Assembly: GCA_016286555.1 (NCBI GenBank)
Contig: JAEETA010000012.1
Coordinates: forward strand, 14,057-78,056
Reading direction: 5' to 3'
DNA: 64,000 bases
From: Lachnospiraceae bacterium
GTDB taxonomy: Bacteria > Bacillota > Clostridia > Lachnospirales > Lachnospiraceae
The notes beneath the pieces were generated by a model. That model had not been told where the DNA came from and ran no database searches. It saw only the letters and a list, made by a program, of their open reading frames with translations. Both the position numbers and the translations under genes were made by a program. Positions 9,820 to 19,016 of the stretch are shown here, in pieces (positions within the stretch are counted from its first letter, which is position 1; every line of letters begins with the position of its first letter).

Positions 9820-9912
9820 GTGTCCCTCCTTCTTTCGTTCCCTTGTCAGTTTCCATTTGATATTGCAGTAGTGCGGAATCGATACATTATATATATAGTA
9901 GAAAGTTTCTCT

Positions 9913-9931
9913 TATTGACGTATTGTCAATA
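9913..9931. promoter_or_regulatory. Perfect 7-5-7 palindrome TATTGAC-N5-GTCAATA upstream of proC
   Basis: Seen directly; includes a TTGACA on the minus strand. Confidence 0.45.
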
Positions 9932-10003
9932 TACATCTTGTTTCACATTCGGCGCAATTCCCATATTTTGTGGGAAAAACTGCACTAATGTATCGTCCGA
10001 ACC

Positions 10004-11278
10004 CTACCGCAGATTGATGATGGTGCCGTCCTCGGCAATGTCCACATCGTAGGAGATCCCCTTCATGTAGGACCGGAACTCCGTCACCGCCGCAGGATCG
10101 GTGATCACTCTCGTGCAGTAATCCGAAGCCTTGCAGGGAGTGATGGACCAGGTGACATAGTCGGAAAGCTCATCCGCACCGTGCTCCCTCGCCGCCTCCA
10201 GATCCACGGTTGCCTCCAGATAGGCAGTTCTTGCAATGGAAGCATTGAAAACGAAATTCCCAAGACTGTAGAAAATGGGCTTCCCGTTGTAGAATTCCAT
10301 TCCCTGAAGCACATGGGGGTGAGATCCCACCACTGCGTCGGCTCCCGCATCGATGAGGCTCTTACCCAGGGACCGCTCGTACTCCTCAGGGTAGGTCTCC
10401 CGCTCAATGCCCCAGTGGAGATAGATGATGAGGTAGTCGCACAGGGGTGCTTTTTCCTTCACCTGCTTCACCAGATAATCCGGATCGTAGGCAGGGAGCA
10501 TCCCCGGCTGAGAGTTCAGCACGTTCCAGGACACTTCCGGGTAAACCCGGGAAGCTGCCATAAAGCCTATGCAATAATCTCCTACCTGACGGGTGATCAT
10601 CTCCGCCGCCCGGGCTTCCGTTTCGCCGGCTCCCATATAATCGATCCCCGCCGCATCCAGATGGACGAAGGTATCGCTGAGGGCGTCCTTTCCGTAGTCC
10701 AGTGCGTGATTGTTTGCCAGAGATGCAATGTCCGCTCCCATTTCCAGAAGCAGGCTCGTATATTTCGGTGCCGCCCGGAAGGTGTACTGCTTGTCCGGTG
10801 CAGGCTCACCTCTGTCGCTCATGGCAAACTCGTGATTGATGACGGTAATGTCGGCTGCATTCAGCCGCTCCCGGAGATCGTCGGAAAGAATGGCGCCGAT
10901 CCCTCCGGCATCATAGGTCACCTGAATGCTGTTTTGCACGCACACGTCTCCGGTGTAGATGATATGCACCGGATCGAGAGGTTCTTCTTCCGGAATCTCT
11001 TCCTCTGCAGTGCCCGTATCTGCTGCGTTTTCGCCCTCTCCATTGACATCCGTGTCTGAAATGACGGCTCCGTCCGAAACGACAGTACTGTCCGTTTGTG
11101 CCTCTTCGGGGATGGGTTCTCCCACCAGGGAGGTGGTGACGGGAAGCACCGTTTCGGTCCCGGATGCACTTCCGGAAGCATTCGCCTTCTCACCGAAATG
11201 TTTGATCAGGACGATCCCGCCTACCAGAAGCAGGATACACAGCAGGATCGCATCCACGATCAGGATTGTTTTCTTCAT
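10004..11278 (-). CDS. CapA (PGA_cap) family metallophosphoesterase with a membrane anchor
   Basis: TGDV, INHE, LANNHALDYG, YLHWG, GSHPHV, YSLGNF motifs; N-terminal TM and acidic linker. Confidence 0.9.
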   Translation of the reverse strand: MKKTILIVDAILLCILLLVGGIVLIKHFGEKANASGSASGTETVLPVTTSLVGEPIPEEAQTDSTVVSDGAVISDTDVNGEGENAADTGTAEEEIPEEEPLDPVHIIYTGDVCVQNSIQVTYDAGGIGAILSDDLRERLNAADITVINHEFAMSDRGEPAPDKQYTFRAAPKYTSLLLEMGADIASLANNHALDYGKDALSDTFVHLDAAGIDYMGAGETEARAAEMITRQVGDYCIGFMAASRVYPEVSWNVLNSQPGMLPAYDPDYLVKQVKEKAPLCDYLIIYLHWGIERETYPEEYERSLGKSLIDAGADAVVGSHPHVLQGMEFYNGKPIFYSLGNFVFNASIARTAYLEATVDLEAAREHGADELSDYVTWSITPCKASDYCTRVITDPAAVTEFRSYMKGISYDVDIAEDGTIINLR

Positions 11279-11302
11279 ATATATAAGTTATCCTTCATCC
11301 GA

Positions 11303-12079
11303 TTATTTGAAGTTCCTTTTTCGGAATCCTTCATACATCAAAAGTGCTGCTGCCACGGAGGCGTTCAGGGATTCCGCCTGTCCCGCCATGGGGATCTTCA
11401 CCAGAGTATCCGCCATCGCAGCGGTCTCCTCGGAAAGGCCGTTTCCTTCGTTGCCGATGAGGACGGCGCTGCCGCCCCGGAAGTCCGCTTCCGTATAGGA
11501 AAGAGTTCCCCGGAGATGGGCCGCGTAGGTGCGGATCTCCCGCTTCCGGAAGGTCTCCGCCAGGACTTTGTAATCATTATAGATGAAATGGGGCACCCGG
11601 AAAATAGCTCCCATGGTGGAACGCACCACCTTGGGATTGTAGGGATCCACCGCGTCCCGGGACATATACAGGGCGCTGACCCCTGCTGCCTCCGCGGTGC
11701 GGAATACGGTGCCCAGATTTCCCGGATCCTGCATCCGCTCGCAGACCACCAGGAAGGGATCATCCCGCTTCAGGATCTCTTCCGGGTCCCAGGTGGGACG
11801 TTTCACCACCGCCAGGATCCCCTGGGGGGTGTCGGTGGAGGAAATCTTCGAAAAAAGCTCCGGTGACACCACTTCAGTGGGAATCTGCCGCAGTTTTTCC
11901 GGAATCCCCTCTTCTGCCACCTTGGGCGTTACGTAGAGGGTCCGGACCAGCTCCGCCGGAGCTTCGCTCACAAGACGCAGGCCTTCCGCCAGGAAGATCC
12001 CGTCCTTGGCCCGCTCGGAGCTCTTGCTCATCCATTTCTGCAATTGTTTGATCTGCTGGTTAGAGGATGCTGTGATCAT
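11303..12079 (-). CDS. TrmH/SpoU-family RNA methyltransferase
   Basis: QDPGNLGTVFRTA, IGNEGNGL, IPM, ESLNASVA SPOUT motifs. Confidence 0.92.
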   Translation of the reverse strand: MITASSNQQIKQLQKWMSKSSERAKDGIFLAEGLRLVSEAPAELVRTLYVTPKVAEEGIPEKLRQIPTEVVSPELFSKISSTDTPQGILAVVKRPTWDPEEILKRDDPFLVVCERMQDPGNLGTVFRTAEAAGVSALYMSRDAVDPYNPKVVRSTMGAIFRVPHFIYNDYKVLAETFRKREIRTYAAHLRGTLSYTEADFRGGSAVLIGNEGNGLSEETAAMADTLVKIPMAGQAESLNASVAAALLMYEGFRKRNFK

Positions 12080-12101
12080 AAAGTTCTCTCAGTCTTATAA
12101 A

Positions 12102-12134
12102 GAAAAAGAGCGATGAAGGGACTTCATCGCTCTT
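12102..12134 (-). terminator. Rho-independent terminator after pfkA
   Basis: aagagcgatgaag/cttcatcgctctt stem with an A run on the left. Confidence 0.8.
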
Positions 12135-12152
12135 AAGCGTCAGTATCTCCGA

Positions 12153-13127
12153 TCATACGGACAGAAGTCTTGCCACCTCAAATTCGTACTCGCTGATGTT
12201 CTTGGTCATGTTCAGTGCTTCTTCGATGTCCATATCCACGAACTCGCCGTGCTTGTAGCAGACAACACGGTTGGTCTTGCCTGCGATGAGGATATCCACG
12301 GCATGAGCACCCATGATGGAGGCATAGACACGATCCTTTGCAGTGGGGCTGCCGCCACGCTGCATGTAGCCCAGGATAGTAGCACGGGTCTCGATGCCGG
12401 TAGCTGCCTCGATCCTGCGGGCCATGGAAGCGGAATGACCGATGCCCTCCGCATTGATGATCAGGTGATGGGTCTTGCCCTTCTTACGGTTCTCGATGAT
12501 GTTGTTGATGATGTCCTGCTCGTTGAAGTTGTACTTCTCGGGAAGCAGGATATCCTCCGCACCGTTTGCGATGCCGCACCACAGAGCGATGTATCCCGCA
12601 TTTCTGCCCATAACCTCGATGATGGAACATCTCTCATGAGAAGAGGAGGTGTCCTTTACCTTGTCGATGGCATCCATAGCGGTATTGACAGCGGTGTCAA
12701 ATCCGATGGTGTAATCGGTGCAGGCAATATCCAGGTCGATGGTACCGGGCAGGCCGATGGTATTGATACCGTTGCGGGAAAGAGCCTGTGCACCACGGTA
12801 GGAACCGTCTCCGCCGATGACCACCATTCCGTCGATGCCGTGTCTGCGGCAGATCTCCGCACCGCGCTTCTGCACCTCGGGATTCTTAAACTCCAGACAT
12901 CTTGCAGTTCCCAGCAGGGTACCGCCGCGCTGGATGGTATCGGACACATCCTTGGGCTGCATGTCAATGATCTCCTCATTGAGCAGTCCCATGTATCCCT
13001 TCTTAATGCCCTTTACCTTCAATCCTCTGGCAATCGCCACACGGACAACCGCACGGATGGCTGCGTTCATGCCGGGGGCATCACCGCCGCTGGTAAGGAC
13101 ACCGATTGTTTCCATCTTATTTGCCAT
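12153..13127 (-). CDS. pfkA: ATP-dependent 6-phosphofructokinase
   Basis: TSGGDAPGMN, IGGDGS, PGTIDLD, EVMGR, QRGG; start at ATG 13127 after GGAGG. Confidence 0.97.
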   Translation of the reverse strand: MANKMETIGVLTSGGDAPGMNAAIRAVVRVAIARGLKVKGIKKGYMGLLNEEIIDMQPKDVSDTIQRGGTLLGTARCLEFKNPEVQKRGAEICRRHGIDGMVVIGGDGSYRGAQALSRNGINTIGLPGTIDLDIACTDYTIGFDTAVNTAMDAIDKVKDTSSSHERCSIIEVMGRNAGYIALWCGIANGAEDILLPEKYNFNEQDIINNIIENRKKGKTHHLIINAEGIGHSASMARRIEAATGIETRATILGYMQRGGSPTAKDRVYASIMGAHAVDILIAGKTNRVVCYKHGEFVDMDIEEALNMTKNISEYEFEVARLLSV

Positions 13128-13193
13128 GACTACCTCCACGAATCTGAAATCATATCATAATCAGAAGTATTTTAGTCTCTTTTTTCCGCTATT

Positions 13194-16100
13194 TCAATAC
13201 TTTATCTTAACATTCTCGGCGCCGAGGAGATTTGACAAGCTCTCCTCCAGCTCCGCGCACAGGGTCACGCAGGATTCGGAAGGCAGTACCCGCAGGGCTT
13301 TTGCGGAGTTCAGATACACCACAACCTCCGCATTTCCGGGGTATTTTGCCAGGATCTCCCGGATCTGCTGCCAATGCCCGTCATACTCCTGCGGGGTGGC
13401 AAATCTGAGGAACAAACCCTTCTCCGGAATTTTGGGGCCAAACTGATCCGGAGCCCCGGTACCACTTGCAGATCCTGCGGTAGCGCCGCTGCCGGTGGCA
13501 CCATTCCCTGCGCCGGGCGCAGATTTCGCGCCGCCTGCCGCCGCGCTCTGTCCGCCCCGGGCACTCTGTCCGCCCCGGGCACCATATCCGCCGGAACGGG
13601 GTGCGCTGTTCTGATAGAAAGACCCGGAACTGCCGTATCTACGGCCGGTGCGGAAAATATCGGAAGCATTTTTCCCCTCCGCGTCTCCGAAGAGAACGAT
13701 CTGATCCGCCAGAAGCTTCGCATCCCGATCCTCCTCGATGCTGACCTTGCCCCGGACAAAGATCCGGGCGTCCTCATCCAGAATGGGCGCGTACTGCTCG
13801 TAGGTCTTGGGGAAAACCAGTACTTCCACAGATCCCGTCAGATCCTCCAGTGTCAGGAAGCACATGGCCTTATTGGTCTTCGTATATTTGATGGTCTTCT
13901 CGGAGATCATGCCGCCGGCGATGAGGTACGCCCCATCCTCCAGCTCGGCTCTTCCCAGCTCTTCATCCAGGGTAAAGTCCGCCGCACTCACATCCGCAAT
14001 GCGCTCCTCCAGCTCCCGGTAAGGCTCCAGGGGATGACCGCTGATGTAGAGTCCCAGCACCTCCTTCTCCATAGCCAGCAGCGTTTCTCTGTCGAACTCT
14101 CCCAGAGGCGGCAGATCACTTTCGGAACCGCCCTTCTTCTCATCCTCAAAGATGTCAAAGAGGGTCATCTGTCCCGAAATCTGGGTCTTTTTCTCCCGGG
14201 CCAGATCATCCATGATAAAGGCGGAATCCCGCAGCATCTGCTGGCGGGTGCCTCCCAGGCAGTCCAGGGCGCCGGATTTTACCAGAGCCTCCGCCGCATG
14301 GCGGTTCATTTCCTTATCTTTCACCCGCTCCAGGAAATCCCGGAGTCCTGTGAAGGGTCCGTTTTTCTCACGCTCCGAAGCGATAGCGTCCGCCACGGAA
14401 TCTCCCACGCCTTTGATGGCGGTGAGGGCATAGCGGATCCTGCCGTCGCCGGAGATGAAGCCCACGCCTCCCTCGTTGACGGAAGGAGGAGAAACCTCAA
14501 TACCCATGCCGCGGCAGGTAGCGATGTAGGCCACCACCTTCGGCAGGTTCCCGATAACGGAAGTCATGAGAGCCGCCATAAACTGCACGGGGTAATAACA
14601 TTTCAGATAAGCCGTCTGGTAAGCCACCACCGCGTAGGACGCGGCGTGGGACTTGTTGAAGGCGTATTTTGCAAAATCCACCATCTCGTCAAAGATGTGA
14701 TTGGCGGTCGCTTCCGGAATCCCGTTGTCGACGCATCCGGGTACTCTGGCAGGCAGGGGCTTTCCCGCCTCTCGGGCAGTATCGATCTCCTCCTCGTTAC
14801 CGTAGAGGAAGATCTTCCGCTCCGCATCCATCACATCCTGTTTTTTCTTGCTCATGACGCGGCGCACCTTATCGCTCCGTCCCATGGAATAGCCGCCCAG
14901 CTCACGGACGATGCGCATGACCTGCTCCTGATAGACGATGCAGCCGTAGGTGGGCGCCAGGATGGGCTCCAGCTGCGGGCAGGCGTAAGTGATGCTCCCC
15001 GCGTGATTTTTCCCGTCGATGTATTTCGGAATGAAGGACATGGGACCGGGACGATACAGGGAAATACCTGCGATGACGTCCTCCAGGCTCCCGGGCTTTA
15101 ACTCCTTCATGAAATTCCGCATGCCGGCGGATTCCAGCTGGAAAATACCCTCGGTGTGGCCCGTTGCCAGGGAAGCGAAAACCTTGGAATCGTTCATCTC
15201 CACATGGGCGCTGTCCACATGCTCTCCCGTATCCCGCAGGATGTTCCGCTCCACATCCTCGATCATATCCAGGGTAGTGAGTCCCAGAAAGTCCATTTTC
15301 AGCAGGCCCAGACTCTCCAGCTCATCCTTGTCGTACTGGGTCACGGGCATATCCTCGGTACCGATGGCCAGTGGCACATACTCCTCGGCGCTCTCCCGGC
15401 AGATCACCACGCCGGCGGCATGGGTACCGGTGTTCCGGGGCAGTCCTTCCAGCCGCTGCGACATATCCACAATGCGGTGCACCCGTTCGTCAGTATCGTA
15501 GAGTTCCTTAAATTCCGGACTGATCTCCAACGCCTTTTTCAGCGTGATGTCCGGCTCCCGGGGGATCTTCTTCGTCACCTCGTTGCCGAAGGCGAAGGGC
15601 AGATCCATGGCTCTGGCCACATCCTTGATGACGCCCTTGGCGCCCAGGGTGGACATGGTTGCGATCTGCACCACCTTCTCCCGGCCGTATTTGTCCATGA
15701 CATATTCGATGACCTCGCGCCGTCTGCGGGTGCAGAAGTCCACATCAATATCGGGCATGGTGACGCGCTCCGGATTCAGGAAGCGCTCAAAGATCAGTTC
15801 ATAGCGAACGGGATCGATGTTGGTGATCTCCAGGCAATAAGAAACAATGCTCCCCGCGGCAGAACCTCTTCCGGGTCCGACAGAGATGTCATTTTTCCTT
15901 GCATAATGAATGAAATCCCAGACGATGAGGAAATAATCCACAAAGCCCATGGAACGGATCACACCCAGCTCATAGTCCAGACGTTCCCGCAGAGTCCTGC
16001 CGTCTCCGGCAGGCAGATCATCCCTGCCATAGCGCTTCAGGAGGCCCGCAGTACAGAGTTCCTCCAGGTATTCGAAGGCGTCTTTCCCGTCCGGTACCGC

Positions 16101-16958
16101 GTAGGAAGGGAGCTTATTGACGCCGGTCTCAATCTCCACATTGCAGCGCTCAGCGATGCGGGCCGTATTCTCCAGCGCCTCCGGCAGATAGGAAAAACGC
16201 TCCGCCATCTCCGCTTCGCTCTTCACATAGAACTGACCGTCATGGTAGGTGAGCCGGTCCTCGCTGCTGATGGTCTTATTGGTCTGAATGCACAGCAAAA
16301 TATCGTGCGCATCCGCATCCTCGCGGTAGGTGTAGTGGCAGTCGTTGGTAGCCACCAGACCGATGCCGGTTTCCCGCGCGATCTGCACCAGTTCCATATT
16401 GACACGGCGCTGGTCCGCCAGTCCGTGATCCTGCAGCTCCAGGAAGAAATTCTCCGGACCGAAAATGTCGCGATATTCCAAAGCCAGCTTCCTGGCTTCC
16501 TCCGGCTTCCCGGAAAGTATGGTCCTGGGTAATTCGCCTGCCAGACAGGCGCTGAGACAGATCAGTCCCTCGTGATACTCCCGGAGCAGTTCCTTGTCCA
16601 CGCGGGGCTTGAAATAAAAGCCTTCGGTGAAACCTCTGCTCACGAGTTTTAACAGATTGGCATAGCCCGTATTGTTCTCCGCCAGCAGGATCAGATGGTG
16701 ATATCTGACCTCACCGCGGCCCGCATTTTTCTCAAAGCGGGAGCCGGGCGCCACATAGACCTCGCAGCCAAGGATGGGTTTGATCCCCGCTTCCTTCGCT
16801 GCGCGATAGAATTTCAGCACACCGTACATCACACCGTGATCGGTGATGGCAGCCGCGGTCATCCCCAGCTCCTTCACGCGCTTCACGTAATCCCCCACAC
16901 GGTTCATGCCGTCCAGGAGACTGTATTCCGTATGGGTGTGCAAATGTACAAAAGCCAT
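13194..16958 (-). CDS. dnaE: DNA polymerase III alpha subunit
   Basis: PHP domain (HLHTHTEYSLLDG, ITDHG); GRGSAAGS, PDIDVDF, KMDFLGL, YAFNKSHA; OB fold. Confidence 0.97.
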   Translation of the reverse strand: MAFVHLHTHTEYSLLDGMNRVGDYVKRVKELGMTAAAITDHGVMYGVLKFYRAAKEAGIKPILGCEVYVAPGSRFEKNAGRGEVRYHHLILLAENNTGYANLLKLVSRGFTEGFYFKPRVDKELLREYHEGLICLSACLAGELPRTILSGKPEEARKLALEYRDIFGPENFFLELQDHGLADQRRVNMELVQIARETGIGLVATNDCHYTYREDADAHDILLCIQTNKTISSEDRLTYHDGQFYVKSEAEMAERFSYLPEALENTARIAERCNVEIETGVNKLPSYAVPDGKDAFEYLEELCTAGLLKRYGRDDLPAGDGRTLRERLDYELGVIRSMGFVDYFLIVWDFIHYARKNDISVGPGRGSAAGSIVSYCLEITNIDPVRYELIFERFLNPERVTMPDIDVDFCTRRRREVIEYVMDKYGREKVVQIATMSTLGAKGVIKDVARAMDLPFAFGNEVTKKIPREPDITLKKALEISPEFKELYDTDERVHRIVDMSQRLEGLPRNTGTHAAGVVICRESAEEYVPLAIGTEDMPVTQYDKDELESLGLLKMDFLGLTTLDMIEDVERNILRDTGEHVDSAHVEMNDSKVFASLATGHTEGIFQLESAGMRNFMKELKPGSLEDVIAGISLYRPGPMSFIPKYIDGKNHAGSITYACPQLEPILAPTYGCIVYQEQVMRIVRELGGYSMGRSDKVRRVMSKKKQDVMDAERKIFLYGNEEEIDTAREAGKPLPARVPGCVDNGIPEATANHIFDEMVDFAKYAFNKSHAASYAVVAYQTAYLKCYYPVQFMAALMTSVIGNLPKVVAYIATCRGMGIEVSPPSVNEGGVGFISGDGRIRYALTAIKGVGDSVADAIASEREKNGPFTGLRDFLERVKDKEMNRHAAEALVKSGALDCLGGTRQQMLRDSAFIMDDLAREKKTQISGQMTLFDIFEDEKKGGSESDLPPLGEFDRETLLAMEKEVLGLYISGHPLEPYRELEERIADVSAADFTLDEELGRAELEDGAYLIAGGMISEKTIKYTKTNKAMCFLTLEDLTGSVEVLVFPKTYEQYAPILDEDARIFVRGKVSIEEDRDAKLLADQIVLFGDAEGKNASDIFRTGRRYGSSGSFYQNSAPRSGGYGARGGQSARGGQSAAAGGAKSAPGAGNGATGSGATAGSASGTGAPDQFGPKIPEKGLFLRFATPQEYDGHWQQIREILAKYPGNAEVVVYLNSAKALRVLPSESCVTLCAELEESLSNLLGAENVKIKY

Positions 16959-16960
16959 AA

Positions 16961-17917
16961 TCAGTCTGCTTTCTTATCCTCTGCCTCCGGCAGGTTCCAG
17001 CTCTCCCGGATGACATATTGGGGTGCATTGTTGAGCGTGATATAGATCCTGCCCACGTATTCCCCGATGAGTCCCAGCATCATCAGAATGAGGCCTCCGA
17101 AGAAAATGGTGGCCGTCATCTGAGCTGCGTAGCCCTGTACCACCACGGGATTCACCAGTCTGCGGATCACGATGTAGACACCGTAGAGGAAGCTGAAAAA
17201 TGTGGACATGATACCAATGCCGGTAGCGATCCTTAAGGGCTTTACGGAAAAGGCGGTAAAGCCGTTGAACCAGAGATTCAGGAGCTTGCCCAGGGTATAG
17301 CCGGAGCGTCCCACCTCACGGTCTCTGTGATTAACTTCCACATTGGTGATGTGCTTCGTGGAGCGCAGCACCAGGCCGATGACGTAAGGGTAGCTGTTCT
17401 CGTACCGGATCAGATCATTTACCACAAAACGCTTTGCCGCAAAATAACTGGACACCGCCAGGTCCCTGGGTTTTCCCAGCATTACCCGGATCATGTAGTC
17501 GTTCACGCGGCTGCCGAAGTTCCGGAAATGGGAATGATGCTTGTGGGAATAGTGTGCATAAACGACATCCGTGTCACGTCCCAGAGCATTCAGCAGTTTG
17601 TCCACTTCGTTGGCAGGGGTCTGTCCGTCGTCGTCCAGGCATACCACGATGTCGCCGTCGGAGTACCGCAGACCTGCCATGAGGGCGCTGTGCTGTCCGA
17701 AGTTCCGGGCTAAAGAGATGCCCCGGATGTTGTCGTGCTCCTCACAGAGCTTCCGGATCACGTCTTCCGTTCCGTCGGGAGAGCAGTCGTTTACGAGAAA
17801 AATATCGTAACTGTATCTGTCCTTCAGCTCTTCCATTTTTTCCCTGATCTCCCGGACCACTCCCTCCAGAGTGAGCTCCGAGCGATAGCAGGGGATCACA
17901 AAGCTGACTTTATCCAT
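16961..17917 (-). CDS. GT2 polyprenyl-phosphate glycosyltransferase (ArnC/GtrB-like)
   Basis: SFVIPCY, VNDCSPD, RNFGQHSA, LDDDGQ; two C-terminal TMs; LGLIGEYVGRIY; start at ATG 17917. Confidence 0.9.
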   Translation of the reverse strand: MDKVSFVIPCYRSELTLEGVVREIREKMEELKDRYSYDIFLVNDCSPDGTEDVIRKLCEEHDNIRGISLARNFGQHSALMAGLRYSDGDIVVCLDDDGQTPANEVDKLLNALGRDTDVVYAHYSHKHHSHFRNFGSRVNDYMIRVMLGKPRDLAVSSYFAAKRFVVNDLIRYENSYPYVIGLVLRSTKHITNVEVNHRDREVGRSGYTLGKLLNLWFNGFTAFSVKPLRIATGIGIMSTFFSFLYGVYIVIRRLVNPVVVQGYAAQMTATIFFGGLILMMLGLIGEYVGRIYITLNNAPQYVIRESWNLPEAEDKKAD

Positions 17918-18869
17918 TCTTTTCCTGTTCCCTTCTCTTTTGAGAGGCCCGGTGATCATGGACCCGGACCAGACGATATTCAAAATCCTTGCGATCACGG
18001 ACATCGATAGCCCTGAGGATCATGCCCGTGAAAATGGAAAGCACACCGCTCAGTCCCACAAACCCGCATACGATGAGGGTGGGGAAGCGGGGCACCAGAC
18101 CCGTGGATCCGTACTCCGCCACAATGGGCGCCAGGAATCCGATGGCCAGCAGGATCAAAATCGTACCCAGCAGTCCGAAGAACCGCATGGGACGGTAATT
18201 CTTGTACAGCGTGTAGAGCTTGTGCAAAACTTTGATCCCGTCGGGGACAGTGTTCAGCTTGGAAACACTGCCTTCGGGACGATCTCTGTATTCGATGACC
18301 ACGTTCACCACACGAAGGTTGTAATTCACCGCGTGGATGGTCATCTCGGTTTCGATCTCAAATCCCTTGGAAAACACGGGGAAGGTCTTCACAAATTCAT
18401 AGGAGAAGGCCCGGTACCCGGTCATGATGTCCTTTACATCCGCACCGAAGAGGGAATTGATGGCGCCGCGCATCAGGGAATTGCCGAAATTGTGGAAGGG
18501 GCGTTTGTTCTCCGAAAAATAGGTGGAGCTGAGCCTGTCTCCCACCACCATGTCGGCACCGCACTCCAGCACCTGACGGGCCATTTCCCGGGCAGAATCC
18601 AGGGAATAAGTATCGTCACCGTCGATCATGATGTAGCAATCGGCGTCGATCTCCCGGAACATTCTCCGGATCACATTGCCCTTGCCCTGCTGCCACTCCC
18701 GGCGCACGACGGCTCCGGCTTCGGCAGCGATCCTGCCGGTATCATCGGTGGAATTGTTGTCATAGACATAGACCGTTGCCTCGGGGAGCTGCTCCTTCGC
18801 ATCCTTCACAACCTTCCCGATGGTCTTTGCCTCGTTGTAGCATGGGATCAAAATTGCTATCGTATCCAT
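17910..18869 (-). CDS. GT2 glycosyltransferase (DPM-synthase-like)
   Basis: ILIPCYNE, YDNNSTD, GKGN, IDGDDTY, GFEIETEM, SKL; C-terminal TMs. Confidence 0.9.
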   Translation of the reverse strand: MDTIAILIPCYNEAKTIGKVVKDAKEQLPEATVYVYDNNSTDDTGRIAAEAGAVVRREWQQGKGNVIRRMFREIDADCYIMIDGDDTYSLDSAREMARQVLECGADMVVGDRLSSTYFSENKRPFHNFGNSLMRGAINSLFGADVKDIMTGYRAFSYEFVKTFPVFSKGFEIETEMTIHAVNYNLRVVNVVIEYRDRPEGSVSKLNTVPDGIKVLHKLYTLYKNYRPMRFFGLLGTILILLAIGFLAPIVAEYGSTGLVPRFPTLIVCGFVGLSGVLSIFTGMILRAIDVRDRKDFEYRLVRVHDHRASQKRREQEKNG

Positions 18870-18975
18870 ACGCTCTCACTTTTGTCTGCATCTTCCGAAG
18901 CAGGTCTCTCCGGGCGTTTCCGTTTCCGAACAACCCCGGGTAAATTTCTCCTGCGCCACAGAATGGCGCTTATAT

Positions 18976-19010
18976 ATTCTACCACAAAATCCCTACTTTT
19001 TTGATATAAT
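18976..19010. promoter_or_regulatory. Back-to-back extended -10 promoters (minus TGgTAGAAT 18976-18984; plus TGaTATAAT 19002-19010)
   Basis: Both seen in the AT-rich divergent spacer. Confidence 0.6.
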
Positions 19011-19016
19011 TAAGCC

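Noticed and set aside
10004-11278. Poly-gamma-glutamate capsule locus
   Set aside because: Only a stand-alone CapA-domain gene is present, with no capB/capC neighbours; such genes are common.
13432-13690. Possible intein in dnaE
   Set aside because: No C/S-start and HN-C/S/T splice motifs or LAGLIDADG domain; the insert is simple low-complexity sequence.
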